Part shown: in pieces, positions 37,458-47,236 of the stretch
Position numbering within the stretch: position 1 is the first letter of the stretch
Layout of the letters: every line of letters starts with the position of its first letter
Assembly (NCBI GenBank): GCA_041750285.1
Contig: JBGSZS010000007.1
Span: 1-64,000, forward strand
Source: Candidatus Fermentibacteraceae bacterium
GTDB lineage: Bacteria > Fermentibacterota > Fermentibacteria > Fermentibacterales > JCC-6
Direction: 5' to 3'
DNA length: 64,000 bases
Notes under the pieces: generated by a model
What the model was told of the DNA's origin: nothing
Seen by the model: the letters and a program-made list of their open reading frames with translations, nothing else
The model's database searches: none
Position numbers and translations under genes: made by a program

Positions 37458-39096
37458 AACTCTGCGGGCCTGCGGCATCGTTGTCGATTCGGTTCTCACT
37501 GAAGAGAAGGGCTACTTTCTCGCCAGGGCAAGAAGGAACGAAAAGCGTCTTGTTGTCGAGGTAACCTCCGCAGGCTCGGGTTTTGTGCACTCCTGGCCTT
37601 CATCGACTCATCTCGTGCCGCCCATCGAGGCGAGGAACCTTCCCGGCGAGCTCAGACTGCTTGTATTCGATGCGGGAAGTGCCCGCTTTCTCGCTGAGGA
37701 CATACACGAAAGGCCTTTCAATCCCGGCGAGGCATCGGAGGTTCTGGGAAAGGCGGCGGAAGCTCTCGCGGGTCTTCAGGCATCCGGTGTCGTGGCCGGT
37801 TACATCGGTCCCGAAAGCCTTCTGCGAGAATCATCCGGCAGGGTTCTGATGCTCGCCGGCCGCAGAGGGGTGCCTTCAGGGCCTTTCACACCGCCTGAAA
37901 CGATTGGCAGAAGGCCATCTGACCCGAGAAGCGATGTGTTTTCGCTTGGGACCCTCTATCTGAGGCTTCTGGCGGGAAGCGACGACCGCGACACCCTGGT
38001 GGATGCCTGGAACAGGCTTGACCCGTCAACTTCAAGACACCTTTCCTCCATGCTTGAACAGGACCCGCAGAACCGGCCTTCAGGGGTTATCCAGGCAGCC
38101 TCGAGACTGGTATCGGGCTTCGTATCCCAGGCGCCCGTACCCGCCGGGCCTGAAAACGCTCAACCCGCTTTCAGAAGAGAAGTCCTGCCACACTCCCACC
38201 GCCCGCGAAAGAAGGGGCCCCGGTTCCCCGGGAAAAGGCTCATGATCATCGGTCTTGCTGCCGTTTCAGTTGCTGTACTGCTTTTAGCCCAACCCTGGAA
38301 ACGGCCCGAAACACCCGAAAGCCGGGATCCCGAACCACGGTTTAACAGCGTGTCACCTGATTCGCTGCAACAATCTCCGCCGGACACGGTTTCAGCAGTT
38401 CTTTCCGTGGATCAACCGTCTCTCGAGGATTCCGCCGTTGTCTGGGTCAGCAACGGAACCGGTACGGAAGGGATCGAATCCGCATTCAGATCGGGGGCCG
38501 CAGGCGCGTACTCCTTCGTCTATCCCTCGAGGGGTGCAACAAGACGCAGGACCAGCCTTGTGCTCGTAAGGCGGGAAGACCCTGAAACTCAGCTTGCCCA
38601 ATCGGTGTTTTATCCCGCTGCACTGATGTTCGCCTCGCAGGATTCTTCCATGGCGGTGAAGCCGACCGACATTACGATCCTGCTCGGAACCGACCTTTAT
38701 CATCCTGGAATCAACCAGGGCCGCCTGACCACGCCAACTGCCCCAGGCGACACTCTGTTCGTGGACATCGCAAACCATGGAATCCAGTACACGCTTGAAG
38801 GAATGGGCGCAGCTTCCTGGATGGCTTCCAAACTGAACGGCAAAGCGATCACCGTTGATGGAAGGCAGTGGATTCTCAGCGTAAGCGACATCCGCGACGG
38901 CGACCTGTGGAACGACGAGATAGGAATACCCGCAGTTCTGGAAGGCACGATGTTCCTCTACAAGCCGGCTTCCAATGTGGGTCCTCAGATCGAGGCAGCA
39001 CTGAGGGGTGTGTTCCAGGCCCTGCCATCAGCAGTTCAGGAACGCTCCCAAACCATTCCCGTGCCCGATATCCACGTTCTTCTGGGAGCCCCCTGA
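37447..39096 (+). CDS. Membrane protein: degenerate Ser/Thr-kinase-like domain, TM helix, two LytR_C-like domains
   Basis: 'FTPPE', 'SDVFSLG', 'MLEQDPQNRP' (kinase subdomains VIII, IX, XI); HRD and DFG absent; TM 'LMIIGLAAVSVAVLLLA'; 'VWVSNGTG...ITILLGTD'. Confidence 0.65.
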   Translation: MHSETLRACGIVVDSVLTEEKGYFLARARRNEKRLVVEVTSAGSGFVHSWPSSTHLVPPIEARNLPGELRLLVFDAGSARFLAEDIHERPFNPGEASEVLGKAAEALAGLQASGVVAGYIGPESLLRESSGRVLMLAGRRGVPSGPFTPPETIGRRPSDPRSDVFSLGTLYLRLLAGSDDRDTLVDAWNRLDPSTSRHLSSMLEQDPQNRPSGVIQAASRLVSGFVSQAPVPAGPENAQPAFRREVLPHSHRPRKKGPRFPGKRLMIIGLAAVSVAVLLLAQPWKRPETPESRDPEPRFNSVSPDSLQQSPPDTVSAVLSVDQPSLEDSAVVWVSNGTGTEGIESAFRSGAAGAYSFVYPSRGATRRRTSLVLVRREDPETQLAQSVFYPAALMFASQDSSMAVKPTDITILLGTDLYHPGINQGRLTTPTAPGDTLFVDIANHGIQYTLEGMGAASWMASKLNGKAITVDGRQWILSVSDIRDGDLWNDEIGIPAVLEGTMFLYKPASNVGPQIEAALRGVFQALPSAVQERSQTIPVPDIHVLLGAP

Positions 39097-39102
39097 AGCC
39101 GG

Positions 39103-39131
39103 TTGACAATTTCGTATCTACATGTTATGCT
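39103..39131 (+). promoter_or_regulatory. Sigma70-type promoter of carD-hflX (TTGACA, 17 bp, extended -10 TGnTATGCT)
   Basis: TTGACA 39103-39108, TG 39123-39124, TATGCT 39126-39131; GGAGG RBS 39156-39160. Confidence 0.75.
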
Positions 39132-39172
39132 TGCCGCTACCAAGTCAGAAGCTTTGGAGGCATCCGTTGCTT

Positions 39173-39679
39173 ATGAATTTTGATCTGCACGACAAAGTGG
39201 TTCACCCGCTTCACGGCGCGGGGGTGGTTACCGAGATTTGCCGGAAAGACATCTCCGGCGACATGGTCGACTGCATTGTGATCAGGCTGGTTGCAGGCAG
39301 GGCAGGCATCCTTCTCCCCTTCGACAGCATTCAGGAATCCGGATTGAGAAGGGTCTGCTCCAACGAAGACATGGACGAGGCCCTTACCGTTCTCGGCAAC
39401 ACAGCGGAGGACCTTCCCCGCGACTGGCGACGGCGGATCGAAGTCCTCCGTGAGAGGGTCCATTCAGGCGACCCAAGCATGATAGCAACCGCTGTGCGCG
39501 ATGTCCTGGCGCGCTCGTCCATCAGCAAGATGAATCCCTCCGAGAAAAGGGTATTCACCGAAGCCATCGGTGTCCTGGCCGGTGAGCTCTCCCTGGTGAA
39601 CAACATCGAGTTCCAGGGCGCGAGAACCATGATCGAGAAAAGGGTCACTGGCGTCCGCAAAAAGAAGAAGCAGGCCTGA
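39173..39679 (+). CDS. carD: CarD-family transcription factor
   Basis: 'DKVVHPLHGAGVV', 'GLRRV', conserved Trp in 'DWRRR', 'SEK', 'LAGEL'. Confidence 0.9.
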   Translation: MNFDLHDKVVHPLHGAGVVTEICRKDISGDMVDCIVIRLVAGRAGILLPFDSIQESGLRRVCSNEDMDEALTVLGNTAEDLPRDWRRRIEVLRERVHSGDPSMIATAVRDVLARSSISKMNPSEKRVFTEAIGVLAGELSLVNNIEFQGARTMIEKRVTGVRKKKKQA

Positions 39680-39694
39680 TTCTTCTTGACATCA

Positions 39695-40957
39695 ATGGAA
39701 AGAACAACCGGCGAGCCTTCAGAGAGCGTTGTCCTTGTCACGGTATGGATCGGAAGGGGCAGCCATGAAGGCCGGGACAGCGAGATGGCGCAACTCGTCA
39801 GAACCGCTGGAGGAACGGTTGCCGACTCGATTCACCAGAATCTCGCCAAACCCGACGCGGGATCCTTCGTAGGCAGCGGAAAGGCCGCCGAGATCGCAGA
39901 GCGCGCCAGAACCCTCGGCGTCAACACGGTTGTGTTCGATCACAACCTTACTGCTGGCCAGGTTGCCCGTCTCGAGCGAATCACCGAATGCAAAGTGATA
40001 GACCGGACCGAACTGATCCTGGCCATCTTTGCCCTGAACGCCAGAACGGTTCAATCAAGGCTGCAGATAGAGCTTGCCCAGTTGAAGTACACCCTTCCAA
40101 GGCTTTCGGGGATGTGGCACCATTTTTCGAGGCTTGGCGCCGGAATCGGAACGAGGGGTCCCGGCGAGACTCAGCTGGAAGTGGACCGGCGGAGGGCCAG
40201 AACCCGTATCGCAGCTCTCGAATCAAGGCTTGCCGCACTCGAAACGGGATCAAGGCTGAGAAGGGCTGCAAGGTCGGGCATGTTCAAAGTATCGCTGGTC
40301 GGTTACACCAATGCTGGAAAAAGCTCACTCCTGAATGCTCTGTGCAACTCGTCGACCCTCGTGGAGGACAAGCTCTTCGCCACCCTCGACACAACCTCGA
40401 GGAGGCTCGTCCTGCCCGGTTCGGGCACCGCTCTCCTTTCTGACACCGTGGGTTTCATAGAGAGGCTTCCCGAGACTCTCGTGGCAAGCTTCAGAAGCAC
40501 GCTCGACGTGGTTCGCGAGGCCGACCTTCTCCTCGTGGTGGCCGACGGCAGCTGTCCCGACCGGGACGAAAGGCTGTCGATCGTAACCGGTACGCTTGAA
40601 AGAATTGGCGCCGGCGGCACTCCACGGATTCTGGTCTGGAACAAGTCCGACCTCGGAGGTCTGCCCCCCTCCAGCGGGATCTCGGTGTCGGCGCTCACCG
40701 GCGACGGGCTGAACGACCTTCTGGATGCCGTGACCATCTTCTGGAAGAACACACTGGCATGGTATACCGTCGCTGTAGATATTTCGGACGGCGGCCTTGA
40801 AAACTGGATTCGGAGGAACTGCCTGGTGGAGAGTTCAGTCAGAACCGATTCCGGAGGGACTGTCTTCCACTGCGCTCCGGTCCGCGGGGCCGGCGAACTC
40901 GCTTCGAGGGTCAAGGCAGCCTCAGGCAGGCTTCTTCCCATGGAAACTCACGCATGA
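39695..40957 (+). CDS. hflX: Ribosome-splitting GTPase HflX
   Basis: 'DRTELILAIFA', 'RGPGETQLEVDRR', 'GYTNAGKSS', 'LFATLD', 'DTVGF', 'NKSD'. Confidence 0.95.
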   Translation: MERTTGEPSESVVLVTVWIGRGSHEGRDSEMAQLVRTAGGTVADSIHQNLAKPDAGSFVGSGKAAEIAERARTLGVNTVVFDHNLTAGQVARLERITECKVIDRTELILAIFALNARTVQSRLQIELAQLKYTLPRLSGMWHHFSRLGAGIGTRGPGETQLEVDRRRARTRIAALESRLAALETGSRLRRAARSGMFKVSLVGYTNAGKSSLLNALCNSSTLVEDKLFATLDTTSRRLVLPGSGTALLSDTVGFIERLPETLVASFRSTLDVVREADLLLVVADGSCPDRDERLSIVTGTLERIGAGGTPRILVWNKSDLGGLPPSSGISVSALTGDGLNDLLDAVTIFWKNTLAWYTVAVDISDGGLENWIRRNCLVESSVRTDSGGTVFHCAPVRGAGELASRVKAASGRLLPMETHA

Positions 40958-41391
40958 AGGACAGCACCCAGGCCAGGAACATTGAACAAAGCCTTGTGAA
41001 GAGGGTTGCCTCCCTTGCCGACCTTCACGCGCGCGGTATCGTTACGGGCGAACTTCTCGGCCGGCAGCTCTTGAAACTCCTCACTTCCTCCGAGGCAAGG
41101 GAGTTGTTCAAACTGACCGTTGAACCGGACTCCAGGGCTCTTCGAATACTCTACCGCATGATGAACCCCTCGGGCTGGCGCAGGAAATCAGGTCTGAGCC
41201 GTGAAGAGCGTTTTCATGAGTTCACCCGTGACCTGGCCTGTGTGATGGGATCCGAAGCAAGCCCGGAGGAGAAGCTCATGGAGATGATGTCCCTTGCCTG
41301 CCTGCCGTTTTTCAAAGGGTTTGTGAACTCCAGGAATGCTCCGGAGGACAAGGAAAGCAAACCAAACAGCCGCGTCAGCGTGCTGGACTGA
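40954..41391 (+). CDS. Hypothetical protein
   Basis: ATGA overlap with hflX; fills the operon gap. Confidence 0.55.
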   Translation: MKDSTQARNIEQSLVKRVASLADLHARGIVTGELLGRQLLKLLTSSEARELFKLTVEPDSRALRILYRMMNPSGWRRKSGLSREERFHEFTRDLACVMGSEASPEEKLMEMMSLACLPFFKGFVNSRNAPEDKESKPNSRVSVLD

Positions 41392-41395
41392 GACC

Positions 41396-42385
41396 TTGTC
41401 CGTCCCGAACGGTACTCCCAGAAGCAGGCTGTTTTCGCTGGCCGGATTCGTTTTTGTGGCCGTTTCACTGTACTTCGTGGGAAGTTCGCTCTCGAAGGGC
41501 ATTCGTGAAAGCGGGGGGCTCGAAAACCTGCTGGATTTCAGCCCGGCGATGCTCGTGCTCTCCTTTCTGCTTCTTCAACTGCATTTCGTGGCGTGCGGAC
41601 TGGCATGGAAGGTGGTCGCCGGGCACACAGGCGGCAGGCTCGGTCTTTGGAAGGCCTACTCGATCCATTTTCTCGCCCAGGTGGGCAAGTACGTTCCGGG
41701 AATGGTCTGGAGCGCGATAGGCAAATTCGCCCTTTCAAGGGATTCCGGAATGACGAAGGTACAGACGGGACACGCACTCGTCCTCGAAACTGTTTTCATA
41801 GTCTTCGGGTGTCTGTTCGTCGCCATGCCCCTGGTGTCTGACGCCGCCCTGGCAGTGGGGCTCAGTGGCACGGAAGCATTGCTCCTTGCCATCGCCATCG
41901 GTCTTCTTACCCTGTCAGCGGTTCATCCGGCGGTGTTCGGCTTCCTTGTGGGGCTGGCCGGCAGGGTGACCGGGAAACGCATAGAAGCCCAGCGCGTTCC
42001 CTTCGTCGAAATCCTGAAAACCATACCCGTCTATGTTTCGATCTTTCTGTTCGTGGGTCTCGGATTCTGGCTCCTTGCCAGGGGTTTCGGGCTTGAGATA
42101 CCCTTCTTTCCCGGGATTTTTCTGTATCCAACCGCTTTCGGGGTCGGATATCTGGTCGTTCTGGCTCCGGGTGGGCTCGGAGTGAGGGAGCTTGTGCTGG
42201 TATGGCTGGTCAGGATGGCGGCTCCCGGTTCGGAACCGGGAATGGCCGAACTTGTCGCAGTGGCCGCCAGGATCTGGATAACTCTGGGTGAGGGGCTTGC
42301 ATTCCTGATCTCACTGGCTGTCTACGGCAGGGGCACCCGCACCATGATGCGTCTTCTCTTTAAAAAAGAGCCCGCCGCTACCTGA
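41396..42385 (+). CDS. Lysylphosphatidylglycerol-synthase-like TM (UPF0104, flippase-like) protein
   Basis: Multi-TM; 'QVGKYVPG.VW', 'APGGLGVRE'. Start estimated (TTG 41396). Confidence 0.8.
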   Translation: MSVPNGTPRSRLFSLAGFVFVAVSLYFVGSSLSKGIRESGGLENLLDFSPAMLVLSFLLLQLHFVACGLAWKVVAGHTGGRLGLWKAYSIHFLAQVGKYVPGMVWSAIGKFALSRDSGMTKVQTGHALVLETVFIVFGCLFVAMPLVSDAALAVGLSGTEALLLAIAIGLLTLSAVHPAVFGFLVGLAGRVTGKRIEAQRVPFVEILKTIPVYVSIFLFVGLGFWLLARGFGLEIPFFPGIFLYPTAFGVGYLVVLAPGGLGVRELVLVWLVRMAAPGSEPGMAELVAVAARIWITLGEGLAFLISLAVYGRGTRTMMRLLFKKEPAAT

Positions 42386-43676
42386 TCCTGACACCCTCCG
42401 CGGTCACGCACGGCAACAGGTCTGTTCCGGTCCGCTGCTGCACGCTTCCAACATCACACACGTTCCGGAGGATATCGTATGCGCTTCCGGAGATAAGGCA
42501 GTTCACGAGCTTTCCGGTGATCTCCCCGCCACTTATGGACCAGGCAGTTCCGCAGTCGAGCAGCATCCCTCCTCCTGCGGCGTCGCTCCCCTCAGCACTG
42601 AGTATTCCCGACACAAGCACACCGTTGCCGATCCTGCCGGCCATCTCCTCCAGAGTTCCCCCGTTTCCCGTGTCGACAGTGATGTTGGTGCAGACAGGCA
42701 TTGGGTGTCCGCCAAGATTTTTCCCCGCGTTGCCTGTTGACGGCAATCCCGCCTCGCTGCCGCTTGCAAGGTCGAAGACGAAGCCTTTGAAAACCCCGTT
42801 CCTGAACAGGGCCTTGTTTGACGTTGAGATTCCTTCGGAATCAAAAGGGGCCGAGCTGGCGCCGTTCTCGTGAAGCGGCATTTCCCTGATGGTCAGGAGG
42901 GGCGAAAGGACACAGTCCCCCGTCCTTCCTGCCAGCCACGAAGCGCCGTCCAGAAGAACCCTGCCGCTTACTCCCGTCCTGACGGCCTGAAGCAGAACAC
43001 CAAGGGCGGGAGGAGCAAAGAGAACGGGCTTTCTTCCGACAACGGTCTCGGCGGGCACCCCGGTGCGGGATAGGGCCGGAAATAGCCATCGAAGAGCTGT
43101 TGGCGGGTCGGGAAGGCAGGTGCACTCGAAGTGCGAGGAGCGCCTGCAGAGACCGTCCTCAGTGGCTGAACTCACGGTTGCGTCAACTCTCACCCGGTTC
43201 CTTGAGTACTCGCCGACACAGCCCTGCGAGTTGATTATGCCCACCCCGTCAATTCCCCACGACACACGTGCGTTGAGAAGGGTGCCCGGGAAGGCAGCGT
43301 CGGCGCAGGATGACAGCTCGCGTGCGAAGTTGAGGACCATGCCCTGATCAGGAAGCTTCCCCCGGGTCTCGAAATGAGCTGTGGAGGGTGATTCGGAAGG
43401 AAGGTCCCATGTGAAATCAGGGCCTGTCCTTGCTGAACTGATGGCATTCTCTGCGATGAGTGCCGGGTGGCCTCCCCCCTCTGAGCCGGCGGTTCCGGCC
43501 CTTCCGTTCCTCTGTATCCTTACGCTGTAGGAAGTTACGGTTCCCGAACCGGCGACCGGTGAGCCACTGCCAACGAGAAGAGCATTCCTGCGCCGGACCA
43601 GCCAGTTGACCTCCGCCTGCGAGGAGATCTGCACAAGGGTTTCGAGTATCTTCCGAGCCTTTTCCGATGCCTTCAT
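42378..43676 (-). CDS. pmbA: PmbA/TldE family protein
   Basis: 'PFDSEG', 'STGNA', no HExxH; directly downstream of tldD. Confidence 0.82.
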   Translation of the reverse strand: MKASEKARKILETLVQISSQAEVNWLVRRRNALLVGSGSPVAGSGTVTSYSVRIQRNGRAGTAGSEGGGHPALIAENAISSARTGPDFTWDLPSESPSTAHFETRGKLPDQGMVLNFARELSSCADAAFPGTLLNARVSWGIDGVGIINSQGCVGEYSRNRVRVDATVSSATEDGLCRRSSHFECTCLPDPPTALRWLFPALSRTGVPAETVVGRKPVLFAPPALGVLLQAVRTGVSGRVLLDGASWLAGRTGDCVLSPLLTIREMPLHENGASSAPFDSEGISTSNKALFRNGVFKGFVFDLASGSEAGLPSTGNAGKNLGGHPMPVCTNITVDTGNGGTLEEMAGRIGNGVLVSGILSAEGSDAAGGGMLLDCGTAWSISGGEITGKLVNCLISGSAYDILRNVCDVGSVQQRTGTDLLPCVTAEGVRIR

Positions 43677-43678
43677 CG

Positions 43679-45046
43679 TCAGCCTATCCTTATAGCCGTC
43701 AAGAGTATGTGTGGTCCTCCGTAGCTCACGGGAATGGCGTTTTCTCCGGCCCGTCCGCATCCCCCCATGTTCCCGAAGAGCTGAATGTCTTCCCCGACCC
43801 TGTCGATGTTCTTCAGAACATCGAAGACATTGCCGGTGATGACAACAGGTCCCATGGGCCTGTCGATCTTTCCGCGCCGGACGGTCCATCCGCTCTCCGC
43901 TATGAGACTGAATCTCTCCATGTCGGTGGCACCGCCAAGGCAGCCTTTCAGATAAACCCCGTTCTCCATTGATGTGAGCAGGCTGTCGCGGTCGCCTTCT
44001 CCAGGCTCGAGAAGGGTGCACCGCATTCTGGCCATGGGCGTACTGCCTGTTCCCCATGCCCTCGCGTTGCCGGCCGGGGCAGCCCCGGTCTCGGAAGCCG
44101 TGGAAAGGGTGTGAAGCCTGCTTTTCACGACACCTCCGCGAACGAGGCTCGTTCTGGTTCCGCGCGTGCCCTCATCATCCCAGCTGCAGCTTCCGGGAAG
44201 AGTGAAATGGGTGGGATCATCGGTAATGCAAAGGCACTCCGCGCCCACGCGCCTGCCGGGACTGACGATATCCCCGAGGGCAGGACACTGAACCAGCACA
44301 TCCGATTCCGCAAGATGTCCGAAGGCTTCGTGTACCAGCATTCCCGTCAGTTCCGGACCGAGCACCGCCGGAACGTACCCCGGTGTGGGGCCTGATGAGT
44401 TCGTTCTCATGCACAGGTCTTCGGTCATCTCCCGGACCAGGTCCTCCCTGTGACGAAGATTCTCAAGGCCGCCCCTGTGGGCGATGCTCCGGGAAGCGGT
44501 CACATTGCCTGGCAGGGCAGCCTGCATCCGCAGGCCGCACAGTTCCTCGACCTCACGAATGCTTGTTCCCGTGGAGTTCACAACCACCCGGTCCCGAAGT
44601 ACCTCGCTGTAGTCAACTCTCGCTGAGGCACCGGGATTGGTCATTCCCAGCAGCTCACAGTAGTGGCGGCAAAGAAATGCCTTGTCCTTAAGGGGTGTAC
44701 CGGTGAACGGTTCGCTGCTGCCCGGGATGAAGCTGTTCCTTTCCGGGGAAACAGTCGTGAAGGAAACCGACCCCTTCCCCGCGGCTACAGCAGAGCCTGC
44801 AGCCCTGTCAATAAGCGCTTCGATGCAGTTGAAGCCCGATGACCACGCATACCCCCATCGGCCCGACACCAGGGCCCTTGCAGTGCACCCCTCCCTTTGT
44901 ACGGGACCAACGCTGCCACCGCGTCTTCCGATCTGAGCAAGTTCCAGCGTCAGGATGCGTTCAAGCCTGACTTCAACGAAGTCGGCCTCTGAGGCCTGAA
45001 CGGCGCGCTCCGCCCTCTCCCGGTTCTCCTGCAAGTTTTCCTCCAT
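43679..45046 (-). CDS. tldD: TldD family metalloprotease
   Basis: 'HEAFGHLAESD', 'DDEG', 'GNAR', 'ARM', C-terminal Cys in 'GGCGR..PVSYGGP'. Confidence 0.9.
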   Translation of the reverse strand: MEENLQENRERAERAVQASEADFVEVRLERILTLELAQIGRRGGSVGPVQREGCTARALVSGRWGYAWSSGFNCIEALIDRAAGSAVAAGKGSVSFTTVSPERNSFIPGSSEPFTGTPLKDKAFLCRHYCELLGMTNPGASARVDYSEVLRDRVVVNSTGTSIREVEELCGLRMQAALPGNVTASRSIAHRGGLENLRHREDLVREMTEDLCMRTNSSGPTPGYVPAVLGPELTGMLVHEAFGHLAESDVLVQCPALGDIVSPGRRVGAECLCITDDPTHFTLPGSCSWDDEGTRGTRTSLVRGGVVKSRLHTLSTASETGAAPAGNARAWGTGSTPMARMRCTLLEPGEGDRDSLLTSMENGVYLKGCLGGATDMERFSLIAESGWTVRRGKIDRPMGPVVITGNVFDVLKNIDRVGEDIQLFGNMGGCGRAGENAIPVSYGGPHILLTAIRIG

Positions 45047-45050
45047 GTGT

Positions 45051-45788
45051 CTACCGGGGAAGGTAAAGCCCTTCCCGCGCAAGGCTGTCGATCATCATGC
45101 GGACCGAGTCCGCAAGCATCCGGTCGGGATCGAGCGAAAGGCAACGATTGGCCCAATCAACGGCCCTCATGTAGTCGCCGTCCCAAAGGTGTGTTCTTGC
45201 CGTGAGCCAGAGGGCGGGAGGATGAGAAGCCAGTGGTTCACGGGCAAGGATGGCCCTTGCACCGCAATTGTCCCCGCTGGCGGCCAGAAGACCCGCGAGG
45301 ATCATTGCCGCCTCCGTCTGATGAGCACCTTCGCGGGTGCACAAAGGCTCCAGAAAACCGATCGCTCCGGCAGTATCGCCTTCTGCCATGAGCAGCCGGG
45401 CCATGGCGAAGGCCACGTCGTCCGCCCTGGGTTCGAGCCCGAGTGCTTGCCGGAGGAGAACGCCTGCCCGGGCCAGGCTGTCCGGTTCATCAAGAAGCAG
45501 AAGGCCAAGTTCGAGGGGTGCCCTGTGATCATCCGGGCAGCTTTCCATGAACAACCTGTACCAGGATGAAGCCAGATCGAGGCTTCCCTGCAGGGCCGAA
45601 ACCCTTGCAAGGCCCAGAACGGCATAGTACTCGTGTGGGTTGACGTCCAGGGAGCGGGAGAATGCCTCCCTCGCCTGGGCAAGGAGCCCCTGTCCCATCA
45701 GCGCATCACCCGTCTCCAGAAAAAGGCGTGCGGAAAGCCTTTCCGGTTCAGTGATCAAAAGCAGCAGAAACGCCAGAACGTATGGCAT
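45051..45788 (-). CDS. Secreted TPR-repeat protein
   Basis: Hydrophobic N-terminus; repeated TPR-like 'A...F..SL..NP', 'AL.LEP'. Confidence 0.75.
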   Translation of the reverse strand: MPYVLAFLLLLITEPERLSARLFLETGDALMGQGLLAQAREAFSRSLDVNPHEYYAVLGLARVSALQGSLDLASSWYRLFMESCPDDHRAPLELGLLLLDEPDSLARAGVLLRQALGLEPRADDVAFAMARLLMAEGDTAGAIGFLEPLCTREGAHQTEAAMILAGLLAASGDNCGARAILAREPLASHPPALWLTARTHLWDGDYMRAVDWANRCLSLDPDRMLADSVRMMIDSLAREGLYLPR

Positions 45789-45874
45789 GAAATCCCTTCA
45801 TGGTCCGAAGCTTGATTATCATAGCCCGGTAGACAATCCACGTCACCGTTTGCCAGCGCGAGGAGAACCAGGCA

Positions 45875-47236
45875 ATGCAGAAAGCTGACCTTGTAGTAGT
45901 CGGGGGGGGGCCGGCCGGATACGTACCCGCGATCAGGGCTGCCCAGTTGGGCAGGAGTGTGGTGGTTCTGGAAGGGGAAGAACTGGGGGGCACCTGCCTC
46001 AATCAGGGTTGCATTCCCACCAAGACACTGGCCGCAACGGCCCACCTGCTCAGACAGTCCCGGGAGTGTTCCAGATTCGGTCTCTCGGGCACTCTGGAGA
46101 TGAGCTGGGACACAGTACTGAAGAGGAAGAACCTTGTCGTCACAAGGCTGAGGAAGGGTATAGAAGCCCACCTTGCACACCTCGGAGTGAAGGTGGTGCG
46201 GAGCAGGGGAGTCCTCAGGGAGCCCGGTGCCGTCGAGGCCGGCGGAGACTTGCTCACTGCGGGCAATGTGCTGCTGTCGCCGGGATCGTTACCCCTTGTT
46301 CCGGGGTTTCTCGATGTACCAGGAGTGTTGACCAGCACTGACGTGCTGAACTGGCAGACGCTTCCGGCGTCCATGGTGATTGTTGGAGGCGGTGTCATCG
46401 GCTGTGAGTTCGCTTCGATCCTCTCCTCCTTCGGTGTGAGGGTAACCATCGTCGAAATGCTGCCAAACATCCTTCCGGGAGTAGATCGCGATGTTTCGGC
46501 GGTTGTGGCCCGTTCTCTTGCCAGGGCGGGCGTCAAGGTCCTCACCGGCAACGGTTCGCGGAGTATCGAGGTGAAGGGGTCCGAAGCCACAGTGCACCTT
46601 TCAGATGGGACTTCGGTTACCGCGGAGAGGATCCTTGCCGCCATTGGCAGGCGGCCGCGAACGTCAGACATGGGCCTTGGTGAGGCAGGCATCGTGCTCG
46701 ACCCCAGAGGGTGCATCATGGTCGACAGCAACTGCCTCACAAACCTTCCGGGGGTATATGCGGCCGGTGATGCGACAGGGATGTGGTGGCTGGCCCATGC
46801 TGGAAGCGCCCAGGGTCTGGCTGCGGTTCACCACGCATATGGTGCCGGTGAAAGACCGGTAGACCCCGACCGAATGCCAGGCTGCATCTTTACCGATCCT
46901 GAAGTGGCAACGGTCGGCCCGGGCGAAGACCAGTGGCGGGAAAGGGGAGTTCCCGTGAGAGTCGGCACCGCTCGCTACATCGCCAACGGAAAGGCCGTCG
47001 GCATGAACGAAACCGAGGGCTTCATCAAGATCATATCGCGCGAGGACGACGACACGGTCGTGGGTGTTCAGATTGTCGGGGCCGATGCCTCGAGCCTTGT
47101 GTCGGGGGCGGTGGTTGCGGTCAACGCGGGAGTTAAGGCGGCGGACTGGTCCCGCTTCATACACCCCCACCCAACCCTGTCCGAACTCTACATGGAGGGT
47201 GCGGAAGCTCTCGGAATGGGCTCCTTCCATGGATGA
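45875..47236 (+). CDS. lpdA: Dihydrolipoyl dehydrogenase
   Basis: 'GGGPAGY', 'GGTCLNQGCIP', 'GGGVIG.E', 'HPTLSE'. Confidence 0.93.
   Translation: MQKADLVVVGGGPAGYVPAIRAAQLGRSVVVLEGEELGGTCLNQGCIPTKTLAATAHLLRQSRECSRFGLSGTLEMSWDTVLKRKNLVVTRLRKGIEAHLAHLGVKVVRSRGVLREPGAVEAGGDLLTAGNVLLSPGSLPLVPGFLDVPGVLTSTDVLNWQTLPASMVIVGGGVIGCEFASILSSFGVRVTIVEMLPNILPGVDRDVSAVVARSLARAGVKVLTGNGSRSIEVKGSEATVHLSDGTSVTAERILAAIGRRPRTSDMGLGEAGIVLDPRGCIMVDSNCLTNLPGVYAAGDATGMWWLAHAGSAQGLAAVHHAYGAGERPVDPDRMPGCIFTDPEVATVGPGEDQWRERGVPVRVGTARYIANGKAVGMNETEGFIKIISREDDDTVVGVQIVGADASSLVSGAVVAVNAGVKAADWSRFIHPHPTLSELYMEGAEALGMGSFHG

Noticed and set aside
42378..45788. TldD/PmbA plus TPR as a RiPP maturation locus
   Set aside because: No precursor peptide or modifying enzymes nearby; TldD/E are widespread housekeeping proteases.
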